Shown one piece after another: positions 15,548 through 30,160 of a stretch of 64,000 nt of DNA; position 1 is the first letter of the stretch; every line of letters begins with the position of its first letter. The notes under the pieces were generated by a model. The model was not told the origin of the DNA. It worked only from the letters and a program-made list of their open reading frames with translations, and ran no database searches. Location: the NCBI GenBank assembly GCA_951406725.2, contig OX597821.1:36146001-36210000 (forward strand), given 5' to 3'. A program made the position numbers and the translations under genes. Origin of the DNA: Octopus vulgaris (lineage: Eukaryota).

Positions 15548-17107
15548 GTGTTTAATGATGCATTAATTAATTTTAACATTTTTTCGATTGAGTTATTGTT
15601 TAATCCATTCACTGCAGGTTATCACAACAATCAAAGTTGTTTTCATTCGGGTTTCGTTACTGAACAGTTCTTCAATACAGATAAACTACATGGTTTAGAA
15701 TCGATGAAAAATACAACCACTGGCCAGAACTTGTTTGAATGTGTTGTGGATTGTGTGGAGAAAAGTGCCTTGTCATGGAATAGAATGGTAAGCATTCCAA
15801 CAGATGAGGTCAGAGCATTTATCGGAAAAAATGCGAGTATGATTAAACTTTTAGAGAACAAGTTAAAAGCAGAACGGCCAGACAGTGGTATCTTGTCTTT
15901 TCATTGCATTTTACAACAGGAAAGCCTCTGTAAAGCCGCACTGGACTGAGAGCATGTGGTGGATCCTGTAGTGAGCGTGGTGAACTCAGTCAGAGTATGG
16001 ACGCTCTATCATCGACAATTTAAATCTCTGCTTGATGATATGGATGCTGAGTATGGAGATGTGATTTACCACAACAGTATTCGGTGGCTGAGCATGTGGA
16101 AAATGCTAAAACGGGCTTGGGAATTACAGAATGAAATCCTCCTCTTTCTGGACATGAAGGAGCTTCTATGTGATTTTGTGACCAAAATGGGATGCATGGA
16201 TTGGAGATATAAGATGAGAAGTTTGTAGCTGATATGTTTGAGAAATTAAATGAATTGAATTTGACATTGTATGGAAATGGGTAGTTTCTACATAAAGCGT
16301 TTAAGCATGTGATATCATTCAAAACAAAACTAGGTCTAGTTGCAAGGCAAACAGATAAGAGCAATGTTTGTTATTTCCCTTTATTAACAAAACAGAAAGT
16401 GCCTGCAAGTGTTTCTTCCAAGATTAGGGGTCATTTGCTGAACTTGGAGGATGAGGTCACAAGAAGATTTCAGGATTTTTAGAAAACTGGGCATGGTTTG
16501 AATTTGTTATCTTATCCCTTCGTTACTGATATTGATACAGCACCAGAGGAGATACAGCTTGATCTAATTGACATGCAGTCAGATCATACGCTAAAGAAAT
16601 GTTTGGTTCTGTTATATTCATAGGATTTTACAAATTTCTGTCTACTGATAAATTTCCGTGAGTAAAGAAACTTGCTGGGGAAATATATTCTATTTTTGGA
16701 TCCACATATATTTGTGAGCAAAGTTTTTCTTGCATAAAAATCAACAAGAGTAAAAATTGATCCTCTGTGACTGACATAAACTTGCATGCAGTGATGAGGA
16801 TCTCAACAAAAAACCTCACTTCTGATTTCAAAAGAATTGTAAATAAGTGTGACAGGTTACATTTGTCGCATTATTAAATTACTTATGCTGGCTGATATGT
16901 AATTTGCACATAAATAAATGTAATGGAACCTTTTCTGTGTACCACCATTGCTTTAGTTTTATTTATTTATTATTATGTAATTTACACTTCGTCTTCAATG
17001 AAATGTAATGTTAACTAATGAATATAATCAGTTATAGAAGGTGCGGCCCTCCGCTAACCACGGCTCTCTTAAAGTGGCGTCCGAGCCAGAATAATTGCCC
17101 ATCCCTG
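15548..17107 (+). mobile_element. Degenerate hAT transposon (Charlie/SPIN/GTF2IRD2-like)
   Basis: Motifs MKNTTTG, HCILQQESLC, RWLS and dimerisation-domain FGSTYICEQSFS, with many stops. The 3' end ...TTGCCCATCCCTG at 17107 is followed by ATCTAAAT, similar to the NTCTAGAN target. The 5' end is missing. Confidence 0.88.
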
Positions 17108-18425
17108 ATCTAAATGTAAGTTGATTAACTTAAAAACCTAATGCGTCTCTCCACTCTACAAAATTTTTATAACTCTACTAGGCAATATATGTATCTATAA
17201 AATACGTGTATCTATAATATTCGCCTGTAGAATACATTGCTGTTTAATTGTTGAAGCTGTTGCTGGTTCGATTACAATGTGCGATGTTTTCTATTTAAAT
17301 AGGAGTTTGTGATTTAAGTTGGATTTGCTGTCATTTGTAGAGGGTTTGGCATACTATAACTTCTGATTCACAGAGTCGCTGTCTCTTATTTTGCCCTATC
17401 CCACCTCTTCTATTATTGTCCTTGCTCCCCGGAGTTTACTGGTCTCGGGTTACCTCCACTCAAGCAGTCAAGACTCAATAAAATCCTCTCAACTATTTAT
17501 CCATATTGTGTTAATGAATCATCCATCATTACACTATATTATTCCCTCCAACAATTATAACGCTCTGGAACTGCACATTAACACGTCTATTTTCCATAAC
17601 CGTCAGAGTCGAACGCTAATCAAGTCGACATTGCTTGTCTTGGAAATAGTACAATGCTCATGAGCATAATATGTTCCTGAACAGGCTTTTCTAGGAATAC
17701 ATTAATATGTTTCATTTTAAGAGGGTATGCTGTAATTTGAGGGAAGATTTAGCCTTTATTTCTAGCAAGTTAATCACACGGATCTTCGTCTGAAAGTAAC
17801 TTGGCATTGGAAGAATTTTCATACAGAATATTGAATTAGAGATAAAGTCTATATGTCACTGTTCATTTTAAATACATACAAAACTATGGTATATTTATAT
17901 TAAATCTTTAAACTATTACAAATTTTCGCGAAAAGTATCGTATGAAATAAATATATATTTCGTAGGCATTTATACACTTGCCTAACAGGTTCATAGTTTG
18001 AGAATTAAGGATTTCGTCCATAGGTTAACTAACCATCTCTCTCAGAATATGTACCATAGAGTTCATAGCTATATATTTGTATTTACTCGACAATTTGCTG
18101 AACTGAGCATGCTTCGCTTGAATTGACGACATAAAAATGAGGTCATCGCTGGTTTTCAAATCTACCAATAAGTTACAGAATGCTTTTTGTTCATTTCTAT
18201 AACCAATTTTTACAAAGAATGATTACAATACATGATATCCAGTTTCTGAAAAATATGCCCAAAACTAAAATCGGGGTCAACAAGGCATATAGTCTTTGAG
18301 TGTTTTCTGATATTAACCTTGTTTAATGACTATACAAAAGAAGAGTATATATTTTATGCAAAGCAAAATTGAACAGACAAAATATGTTTTTACATGCTAA
18401 TCGAATTTGTTAATCGATACCGGTT

Positions 18426-18831
18426 TTAAAATAAATGATACCACATCTGCCACCATGGCACCCAACTCCGTCGTAGATACACGCGCCCAAAGTAACAGAA
18501 CATTAAAAATACACAGCAAGCAAATATGTGTGCTATATTATTATTTCTACCCAGAATATGCGCTACAGTGCCCTAACAACAAAGAAACTTCGTGTAACCC
18601 ATTGTGACCGTCCCAATATTGTTTCCCTGAGAATTGGTGCTGTGCCACAGTGTACATGCGTCGTTCGCGCAATCGAAGCGCCGTTACAACAATCGCTAAC
18701 TGATGTCTCTATCGATTCCGCGCTGCAACAGCCGTTTGTTGCGGTTGTTCTTGGAAGTAATGGACCTGCGCAACAAAATTTCGCCTCTCTACCAAATCCT
18801 ACATTTCCACAGCGAGCAGAGCGTTTAAAGC
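18426..18831 (-). pseudogene. Diverged galaxin-like exon-2 paralog (frameshifted) inside the intron of the intact gene
   Basis: Hand translation ARCGNVGFGREAKFCCAGPLLPRTTATNGCCSAESIETSVSDCCNG aligns with [47 protein letters not shown] shifted frame gives FLCC*G...FACC...VPWWQMWYHLF*, matching the PWWxM C-terminal motif. Not in the ORF track. Confidence 0.82.
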
Positions 18832-18949
18832 CTGATTAAAAATATCTAAATGCAGAAATAAAATAACAAAAAAGAATATTGATTTTGGTTAGATTTAAGA
18901 ATAACAAAGGAATACTAATAATGATATGAACCATTCATGAATTCGTCCT

Positions 18950-19276
18950 TAGTCAAAAGACACCTGTTGTTAATGTCCTGTGGTCTGAATTTGTTTACCA
19001 TTTCTCCGTTTTTTGCCTTTCATCCTTGTTTTCGTATACATTCTCTTGCTTTCTTCCAAAGAATCTAGTGCTCTTAGCTTAGATTTGCTTGGAGCCGACC
19101 AGATTAGAACAGTCTCAAAATTAACCGACCGAACCTGCAAAGACGATCTGCTTCTCGACTGAAGATTGAAAACTCCGAATGTCCCGTCCTTGTTTTTTTC
19201 CTGTCCGTTATTGTATCACCTACTCTGCGTATGTTTTGTTGTCGCCTGTTACGTTCTTGTTCCATTTTTTGTTTTG

Positions 19277-19280
<4 letters not shown>
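18950..19280 (+). repeat. Interspersed repeat family (copies also at 27702-28050 and 47700-48025 on the minus strand)
   Basis: Shared blocks such as CTTCCAA(A/G)GAATCTA(G/A)TGC, CCAGATT(A/G)GA(A/G)CA(G/A)TCTC and GACTGA(A/T/G)GA...CGAA. All copies adjoin (TA)n. Confidence 0.7.
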
Positions 19281-19312
<32 letters not shown>

Positions 19313-19318
<6 letters not shown>

Positions 19319-19960
19319 CGAGCAAAAGTCATCGGCCACTTTAAACTATTGTAAATTTCTACTAATTCCCAACCTATAATTAAATTTCTCGCATTGCATT
19401 TTTTTTACAGATGAAACATTGGTCCTGTTGGAGTAATTTCCATACCTAATCATTACATTTTGTAAAAGGGGTTCTGAATGAGAGGAGAATAAACGAAACG
19501 GCCACCAAAAATGGCCGTGCAAAAGTTCGGTCACCTCACATAATCCAAACGATAAAGTGTTTTGAAATAAAAATGTCTATAATGAAAATTTATTACATAA
19601 TGTTCATTTCAAGAAGTTACTGTACATTGTTAATATTTCGGGTGGTTTCTCATAATCGTTTCAATGTGCCTGGGGAGAGATGCGTACTAATTAGTCATCA
19701 CATTCACAGGTATGAGACGCGATTCTCTGTGGTTGAGCTCCCACAACTCTTCAAGAGTTCCGCCCACATTTGCTCGATGATATAAAAGCGCTGGGCAGTG
19801 ATCTTTATGAATACAAACTTTTTATCAGTTCAATATGCTTGACGCATATTCGAACCCATAAAAAGGCCTGTTTGGTTAAGAATCACTGCTAACTGAATTG
19901 GTGTGTTTACACCAATCTGTCTATAGTGACAAATTTTCTCCAAGACAAAATTCAGTGAAT
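19313..19960 (-). mobile_element. Tc1-like transposon remnant
   Basis: TIR-like (C/T)AGTACCGAGCAAAAGT next to TA at 19313. Minus-strand IIEQMWAEL resembles the Tc1 NPIENLW motif near 19760-19785. Confidence 0.5.
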
Positions 19961-20682
19961 GACTTTCTCACGGCTTCGAATATTGCTAAAGCCAAAATTT
20001 AAAAATAACAAAAGACAAAGACAGGTGAGGGAAGAAGCAAGTGTATTAGTTTGATGCTTCAGACGAATGGAAATGTTTTTGGCGTTTCGAGTCAATTTCG
20101 AACTTCATGCAATAAAATTCTTAAATAATACAGTTCCCCTGCCTTTTGTGTGTCGATATAAACACAACCAAGTGTTTCCTCTTTGAAAACGTTCAAATGG
20201 CTTCAGTATTTTTCCTCGCTTTCTATTTTTCCTCTGCCATTCTTTGTTACTGCTGTTCCAAGTGACATACACGGGTACTTCAGCATACCCAACGTGTACT
20301 TGATGACGTGCTTAATTGACCTCACTGGGGCAACGATTTCAACGCTGCAGTGGCATTTGAATGCTCTTTAAAGAGTTTCATTATAACATACAACCCTTTA
20401 AGAAAACAAATCAAGTACCCCGGATCCAAGATATATCTCATAAAATATAGGGCAAATTTCTATCTTGCAGTCCACGGCATTCCAAAAGTTGTATATATTA
20501 TTAACGAAAAAAACCCAAAGAAAAATGGACGGACGGCGGTAGCTGTGACGACTCTTTCATGTATACCTCCGCAAATAAATATTTTCAACTTGATTCTTTT
20601 TACTTAAAGGGAGGAAATGACTATTTTATTTGTATTCTTTATCATCTTAATCAAAGGGCAAGAAAACAAACTTTGAGTTTTA

Positions 20683-20736
<54 letters not shown>

Positions 20737-21151
20737 CAAATGAGACTTTCACAGTACTCTACATTCTCAACATAAACAACTGTAGCTATAAATTTATCGT
20801 ACTCATAAGATGCAAACACGAGAAGACTGAGTGTTTATCCATATTTAAACAGAAAACAGAAAACAATAAAAAACGAAAAAGTCTCCAATAATATTATAAC
20901 TGCATATTTCCAATCGTTCAAATGCATCAATGTATCGACAAAACATCAATAGAATTTAACATGAACGTACAAATATAAATTCAGATAGTCAGGATTAGGA
21001 AAAAGAGAACGGTAAATGGTAATTAAAAGTTAAAAGCATGTGCCAGTTGCAAAGATTATGCGTTGCTGTTTGTTTCTTGTAGCGCGATTTCTTCTCGTGT
21101 GTATCTAAGTATACACGCACGCGCGCGCGCGTGTACGTGCGCAAATATATA

Positions 21152-21368
21152 TATTTCTTTACTACCCACAAGGGGCTACACACAGAGGGGACAAATTAGG
21201 ACAGACAAACGGATTACGTCGACCCCAGTGCGTAACTGGTACTTAATTTATCGACCCCGAAAGGATGAAAGGCAAAGTCGACTTCGGCGGAATTTGAACT
21301 CAGAACGTAACTGCAGACGAAATACAGCTACGCATTTCGCCCAGCGTGCTAACGTTTCTGCCAGCTCG
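21152..21368 (-). mobile_element. SINE (TTTCATCC core family)
   Basis: Near-complete copy of the family at 23887 and 35958. Confidence 0.85.
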
Positions 21369-21373
21369 CGCAA

Positions 21374-21589
<216 letters not shown>

Positions 21590-22334
21590 GATTCATATTC
21601 TTATTAGCAAATGTAAATATGATAACAACACACACCCTGTATAGGTTAGAAACTTAGAACGTCAATGGACGTAACAAAATACCGAAATGCAATTTCTTGT
21701 TTTTTTTTTCTTCTGCTTTCTCATAACTTTTGTAATAACTATAGCACCAGTATGCGCATTTTTTATTTCTTCAGCAATGAAAACTGTCGTCTAACATTCG
21801 GTTTCAATCTTTAACCCACTTCAATTAGGCTTACAACCATATTTGATCCTAGTTCTGATCAGCAATTTTCTATATGGGATTTGACAAAATATGAACCTAT
21901 TTCCAATATTCTTTATACCCGAAAGGTGTATTTTTATAAACATGTACTCACATGATATCTACCTCACAGGGCAGAAATAAATTCAGTTGCTTATTTTACC
22001 ATTTGTTTTTCTCGCCATAAAACGCCAGCGACTTTAAGGTGCAAAAAGTGTATTCATCTTACCTTACATTCCAAATGATACTTATGTGATATTCAAAGTG
22101 AAATAACGATTTCTATGATTTGAATTTTACTTAATGTTATGCTATATAAAACCATGCATCTAAGTGCAATACCACTTTAATCTCGATAGAAGCATATCGA
22201 TGTTGAATCTCGATATATTAGTAACTTTGAATATGTATAAGAACTACAAACTAACTTTCTTTTTCCTTTTCTTTTGTTATATACACTAAAAAAAAAGGAA
22301 CAAAGTAATATATAGAATTGTGAAAACTTCTTAC

Positions 22335-22428
22335 TAGGTGGAGGAGCATTATATGTCCAATGAAAGGCAGTTGTTGATCCAAAGACTGCAAGCAGAGCAG
22401 CTGCAATGATGATTACAATGTTGGACAT
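22335..22428 (-). CDS. Galaxin-like protein exon 1 (signal peptide)
   Basis: MSNIVIIIAAALLAVFGSTTA-FHWTYNAPPP has a hydrophobic core and a T-T-A cleavage-like site. Donor A|GTAAGA at 22335/22334 is phase 1, matching the acceptor at 13721 (A+AG = Lys). Confidence 0.8.
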
Positions 22429-22484
22429 GATGTTCCCTATTCTGTTCTCGATTCCAGATTCACTTTGATATGCAGCGAAAAACC

Positions 22485-22492
22485 TTTATATA
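22485..22492 (-). promoter_or_regulatory. TATA box of the galaxin-like gene
   Basis: Minus-strand TATATAAA (followed by GG) about 57 nt upstream of the ATG, implying a start near 22460 and a short 5' UTR. Confidence 0.6.
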
Positions 22493-22741
22493 TCTTCCTA
22501 AAAATTAAAACGTAGTACTAGGTAACCTAAAGTTCCCAGATTTTTACTTGCATATCTTGTTCATTACTTTAGTGCATGAGAATATTTCACGGAATGCTGT
22601 AGAAAAAACAAAGAATGCATTCATTAAATAATAACATCCAAGATAGATAGGAATAATTTAGAAGTAAAAATACTCCCTGCAAGGTGTGAAGTGTAATTAA
22701 GTTGCAAGCGCGTTTGATGTCATTGTACTTAGTACCGCTTT

Positions 22742-23868
<1,127 letters not shown>

Positions 23869-23886
23869 TTTTTATTAAATAATAAG

Positions 23887-24230
23887 GTGCGCTTGCAGAA
23901 TCTTTAGCACGCCGGGTGAAATGCTTAGCGCTAATTCGTCTGCCGTTATGTTGAGAGTTCAAATTGCGCCGTGGTCAACTTTGCCTTTCATCCTTTCGGG
24001 GTCGATTAAATAAGTGCCAGTTACGCACAGGGGTTGATATAATCGACTTAATCCGTTTGTCTGTCCTTGTTTGTCCTCTCTGTGTTTAGTCCTTTGTAAA
24101 AAAATAGGTAATTCGTCTGTTGCTAGGTACTAAATTTAAATTCCGCCGAAGTCGACTTTGTCTTTCATCCTTTCGTGGTCGATAAAATCAAGTACCAATA
24201 AAACACTGGGGTTGATGAAATTGACTAGTG
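23887..24230 (+). mobile_element. SINE (TTTCATCC core family), dimeric
   Basis: Head GCAGAATC..TAGCACGCCGGG..AAATGCTTAGC followed by two core units. Confidence 0.82.
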
Positions 24231-24254
24231 CCTATATTAGTAAGGATTATCATG

Positions 24255-24301
<47 letters not shown>

Positions 24302-24302
<1 letters not shown>

Positions 24303-27281
24303 GCCTTTCCACAGCTTCTAACGCTGAAGATGTACTACAGTATCAGCTGTTCACTACCAGTGAACTAAGGTAGCTCCTCTTATTTTTCGAGCACCTTCCA
24401 GAGTATTCGAGCGGTTCCAAGCAGTGCTGTTTTTTGCAAGTGCTTCACCCTTATTGCAGCCACTATTTGTTCCAGGTACGTCTCGAGATTTTTGCTCACA
24501 GTTCCCAGGGCTCCGACAATTATTCATACTACTGCTACCTTTTTCATCGGCCACAACTGCTTTACCTCCCAAGCTAACCTGTCATGTCTCTCGGCTTTTC
24601 TTTCTTCCTTATCGCATACCTTGTTGTCAGCTGGGCATGCTATATCTATGATCCAGCATAGTTTGTTTTCTTTCTTAATTAAGACTATATCCAGCTTCCT
24701 ATTCTCTGCCTCATGGTTGCACTGAATCATAAAATCCCTTTGTATTTTTGCATTTCTACTTTCGAAGATGCCTTCAGGTTTGTGGTCGTACCAATTTTTT
24801 GCTCTGTCAAGTCCATACTTGTTGGAAAGTGTCCAATGGACAAGCCTGGCTATATTGTCGTGGCGTCTCTTATATTCCTTCTGGGCTAGTGGCGTATATT
24901 GGCTGGTATTATGCCATACGGTTTCATAGTTTTGTCCACAGATTCTGCACTTATTACTTTCGGCTATGTTATCTATTCTGTATTTTATGTAGTTTGTTCT
25001 TAGTGCTTGCTTTTGGGCAGCACAGATTAGAGCCTCTGTTTCCGGTTTTAAATCACTTTTAGTCATCCACAGCCATCTCTTTTCTCTGTCTGTCTTATCT
25101 TCACCATCCCTATGAAGTTGTCTATGCACTCTTTTCTTTGCCCACCTATTTTCAGTTTCATTCGTTTTCAGTTTCTTGTATAGTGCTTTCTCTTTGCAAT
25201 CTTTCATCCTACAAAAGCTTGACCTTCCTACTTCTAATAATAGTGGTTCTGTGGCATATTTTTTACATATTATGTTATGTTGTTTTCTTCTGCTCTAATG
25301 CTGTGTTCGCATCCAACAAGTCCTCTTCCTCTTCTTTTTCTTGGTACATACAGTCTGTTTGTGTCACTTTTGGGGTGGAGTGACCCATACCTAGTCAGCA
25401 ACTTCCTTGTCTTTCTGTCTAAGCTGTTTAGTTCGTATAGTGTCCATGCGATTACCCATGCTTCATATCTAAAGAGTGAAACCGCCCAGGTGTTGATAGC
25501 TTCGATCTTATTCCCTCCGTTTAATTTCGACTCAGTCTGCGCAAGTACTCCATTTTTCTCTGTCATTTCTTTCTCCATTAATTTATCCATTTCTAAAATC
25601 CCAAAGTACTTATTGCCCGTCTCTTCGATCTGCTTCATAACCTCCCCGATGGTATCGTTAGCCTGTCCATACATTTGATTTTGCGTCTCTTCAACACACC
25701 ACACTTTCTCAGTCCGAACTCCATTCTGATATCAGCACTGAAGGTATACACCGTATCAACGAGGGAGCTGACTTAGGTTTCATCTCTATCATAAAGTTTG
25801 AGGTAATCCATGAATAACAAATGGTTGATTTGTAGTTGGCGGTTTTTGAATACATAACTAGCTTTTGCTTTCCTCAAAATCAGTGTTAGTGGTATCAAGC
25901 ACAATACAAAGATCAGTGGGTACAAGCAGTCCCTCTGGAAGATGCCCCTCCTAATTTCTACTGTGCCTTAACTTCATCCGTATGCTGTCAGGTCCGTCCT
26001 CCAATTCGCTATACTTTTTCCAAGCAAGCGCTCAACATTCGATGCACTACCAAATAGGTCCATACACTCCATAATCCAAGAATGTGGGATCATATTGTAC
26101 GCCTTACGATAGTCGATCCATGACATGGCTAATTTACTTTTCCTCCTCTTGCAGTCTCTAAGTACAGTTTTGTCAATCAGGAGTTGATCCTTGGTACCTC
26201 TGAACTTACGCTTGCAAATCTTCCGCTCATGTGGCAGGATTCCAGTTTTTTTCCAGGTGTTCGTACATTGACTCTGCGACTATTCCAGTCAATAACTTCC
26301 ACATAACTGGCAAACAGGATATCGGCCTGTAATTGTCTACTGTATTGCCTTTTTCGATGTTTTTCAGGCACAGCACTTTCCTACCCAATGTCAACCACTC
26401 TGGTGTTACTTGGTCGGCATTTAACAGAGTTTTGAGTTGTGCAGCTATTCGTGCATGGCATTCACCAAATCTATTGATCCAGTAGCCTTGAACTCCATCT
26501 GGTCCCTGGGCCTTCCATTTGCCCATTTTTTCTGATTTCCTTCACTTTCCTTACTGAAATTACTAGTTTTGCCTGTTTTGGACTGGCTACTGTTTGTTCC
26601 ATTTCTTGCAACCATTTAGCATCCTTCTTGTGCTCCTTATCTTTGCTCCAGATGTCACTCCGAAACCTTTGACTTTCAATGTTATCTGGTATCAACTTTT
26701 CATCTGTACACTCTCCATTCATTTCTTTATAGAATATCTTTCGATCTACTCTGAATAACCTATTCTGGTGGTAACCTTTCATTCTTTGGTCGTATCTTAC
26801 CAGCTTTGCTTTCTTTGTAATGAGGCGCTGTTTCAGTTCCTCCACTACTACTTTCGCCCTGTATTTTTACTCGCTTTTAAGCTCACCTTTCTCTTTTCGG
26901 TCTAACACAGATTTCATTCGAGAGATTGTCTAACCCTGCCTGGATTCTTCTTTTCCACCATGTCACTCCCATTATGTTTCTTTTTCTTGACATCAACACC
27001 CACGTTTTCTGCTATAACAATCCTTGCTGCTTTGATCAAATTATTTGTTTCTGTGATGTTGTTTGTTCTGATGTATTTCAGAATTTCATTGACATTTTTC
27101 CTTTCTTGGTTTAATTTCCGTCGATCAACTTTTTAAGGTTGCAAATAATGTCGCTATCTTTCTCCTGTAGTCTTGCCATTATTCTGTCGTAGATTGCATT
27201 TTCTTCTTCTGCCATGTCACCATTAGTTTTATTGTCTTCTTTTAGATCATCCATATGTTTCTCATCAAATAAACTACTACT
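24302..27281 (-). mobile_element. Degenerate R4/Dong-like (RLE-encoding) non-LTR retrotransposon ending at a (TAA)n array
   Basis: RT motifs (KAQGPDG, NYRPISCLPVMWKLLTGI, GIFQRDCL, LLFMDY), Zn knuckle CRICGQNYETVWH and the restriction-like endonuclease RKLDIVL...IIDIACP...K. The 3' end abuts (TAA)n at 24257-24302. Confidence 0.9.
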
Positions 27282-27635
27282 GCTGTTGAACTTATAACAC
27301 CTTTCTTCATCCCCTTTAATTTTCTCTGTCGTTTGTATTGTGTTTATGTTTGATCAATTAATATATAAATATCTATATATTTATACTTAAATAATCGTCA
27401 TCTCAAAATCTTCAGTCTTTGCCTTCTTTCTGTTTACAAGTGCACACACAAACACACACGCGCGCGCACGCTCACACACACATACACACACTCTTTACCT
27501 TGCAGAATTGGTCCCGCGTAAAGAACTCGGAGTCTAATTTCAAGTCATTTGAGGCTACCAAGCGTTCTCTATACCGAGAATCTGGATCTCATCCGTTTAC
27601 TGTATATTTATATGTATGTATATATACATATATAC

Positions 27636-27707
<72 letters not shown>

Positions 27708-28125
27708 AACGTTAAAAAAACACAAACTGGGACAAGAACGTGAAACATTTTGAAGACGGCAAAAAAACACACAGACGGGACTTTCGAAGCTCTCAGTCAT
27801 CAGTCAAGAACCAGATCATCATCGCAATTTCGGCTGATTAATCTTGAGATTGCTCCAATCTGGGCAGCCCGCCAAGGGAAATCTAAGCCAATCGCATTAG
27901 ATTCCTTGGAAGAAAACCTCGAAAGTATACAACACGGTGACGGAAAAACGGACGATGTTACTCGAAAAAAAAAAAAAAAAAAAAATTCAACAATACGTAA
28001 AAACAATAAAGATAGCACGGATAAAAATACAAAATAACGTAAAAACAATCATAACAATATATATATATATACGTATATATATATATATATGTATGTATGT
28101 ATGTATGTATATACATACATACATT

Positions 28126-28211
<86 letters not shown>

Positions 28212-28394
28212 GTATGTACATATATATGGAGAGAGATAGTGAGAGAAGTGGAAAGAGGGGGGGAGAAACTGACTGACAAAGCGAAGAAAGAGAGAAATGT
28301 TTGAATACGTCTTCTATACATACATACATACAAACAGGACAAACGGTTTATTCTTACATGCTTCAAAACTTTATTTTTTCATATCAGTTACCAA

Positions 28395-28740
28395 TCAGTG
28401 AGGATGGTGGTGATGATGATGATACATCGGCCACCATGGCACAACATTCAGTGGTGAATATATTTGTTTGTTGAAACAGGTTCGAGCACGCGTGTCGAAA
28501 ATTGTACTCCCACAGCAAGCATACCTGCCTGGTATGAGATTAGATCCTGTTGGAAAAGTATCAGAAATTGCTTTTACAACACAATCGCAGCAAAGATCCT
28601 TGATTATATTCATTCTAGCTGCCCCGCAGTAAACGTCATATATTGATATTCTAGTGAGGTTTGATGAACCACAACATATATGTTCCAATCTGTTGAAAGC
28701 TACATTGGCAGAACAATGATCCATGGATGCATCTATACCT
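28395..28740 (-). pseudogene. Third galaxin-like copy: 3' half of exon 2, truncated by a LINE insertion
   Basis: GIDASMDHCS...ICCG...LCCD...[30 protein letters not shown]...VPWWPMYHHHHHHPH* is colinear with 13177-13534. Two CC pairs are degraded (HCS, VYC). Homology stops at 28740, where LINE sequence begins. The 3' UTR is conserved. Confidence 0.85.
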
Positions 28741-29648
28741 TGAAACGTACCTTAATACAACAAGTGATGTGCTCTTGCGAACTGCACTGATGCATGAAGA
28801 TTCCAAGCAAGCTTCAGTCATGAAGCTTAGTAAGAAATTTAAAAAGTCTCTTGACCTACAAGTTAACAATAAGAATGACCAAAGACACCTAAATACTGAC
28901 AGACCTGATTTAGAAATTAACATTCAGAAAGACCAATGAGATCCAATTAGTGACAAACCCATCACTGATGCAAAGAGCATCAAACAAAATGCAAAGAAGG
29001 CTTGCATGAATAATATCGAAGACAACTGGAAAGGCAAATTCCTGCATGGAGAATACCCTAACCGCCTGTCCAAGCCAGATCCTAACACATCACTGGCTAC
29101 AAGGGACAGGTGAGAAAGGGTAAACAGGAGGTTTTGTTACTGCAGCGCAAGATCAGAGCTTACCTACCAGAAACTACCATGCAAACGTCCTTAAAAATGG
29201 ATCTGACCCCTTATGCAGAATTTGCGGAAAATTCACCGAGACAATTGATCATGTTGTTTCGGGCTGCCCAGTCCTCGCTGAAAGGGAGTACCTCATAAGA
29301 CATGATAGATTAGGGTAGTACATCCACTGGAATGCTTGCAAATACTACAAAATTAAATTCCATGATAAGTGGTATAGGCACCATCCAGAGGATGTAGTAA
29401 ATGGCGAGGGCGTCACTATCGTTTGGAACTTCCCAATACAAGCATATTAAGCAACTCCCTGGTAACTTCAATCTCCCTGATGGGTACAGCCCATATACTA
29501 CGGAAAGCACACTCCATCTAAAATGGAATAAATGTGGTGATAATTTTAGCATACATAGCAAAACAAAAGTGCCCTTGCTACTCTTGGCCTTCGGAGGATG
29601 CCCGGTACTAAGGCAGCTGAAATAAAGTTATAATGAAAAGAAACCATA
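28741..29648 (+). mobile_element. R4/Dong-like LINE 3' fragment with an internal deletion
   Basis: CRICGKFTETIDHVVSGCPVLAEREYLIRHD Zn knuckle and WNFPI motif, then a jump to the C-terminus and 3' UTR ending in (TAA)n. Confidence 0.82.
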
Positions 29649-29722
<74 letters not shown>

Positions 29723-29724
<2 letters not shown>

Positions 29725-30160
29725 TAGAGAAATTAAGGCCAACAGACCAGATATAGTTGTCAGAGATCATGAAGAAAAAAAATGCTTTCTAATTGATGTA
29801 TCAATACCGGCTGATGACAACGTGTCTCTAAAAGAAATGGAGAAACTCTCAAAATACAAAGACCTGTAAATAGAGGTAACTAGAATGTGGAATCTGAAAA
29901 CAGAAACAATTCCTATCATAGTAGGTGCATTAGGCATGATAAAAAAATATTCAGACAAATACATAACAAAAACACCAGGACTTACAAACACATATAACAT
30001 ACAGAAAATTGCACTACTAGGCACTGCACACATCCTACGCAGAACACTTTCCATACAATAACCATCAGAGCATCACAACAAATCACAGCACATACCCAAG
30101 GCACACAGAGCTGTGCTCGGTAGTGAAGTGAAAGCACGCTATAAAAATAAAACTACTGAA
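29723..30160 (+). mobile_element. Second R4/Dong-like LINE 3' fragment inserted in (TAA)n
   Basis: ANRPDIVV...FLIDVSIP..D....KE.EK.SKYKDL RLE motif. Flanked by (TAA)n at 29648-29722 and 30159-30193. Confidence 0.85.
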
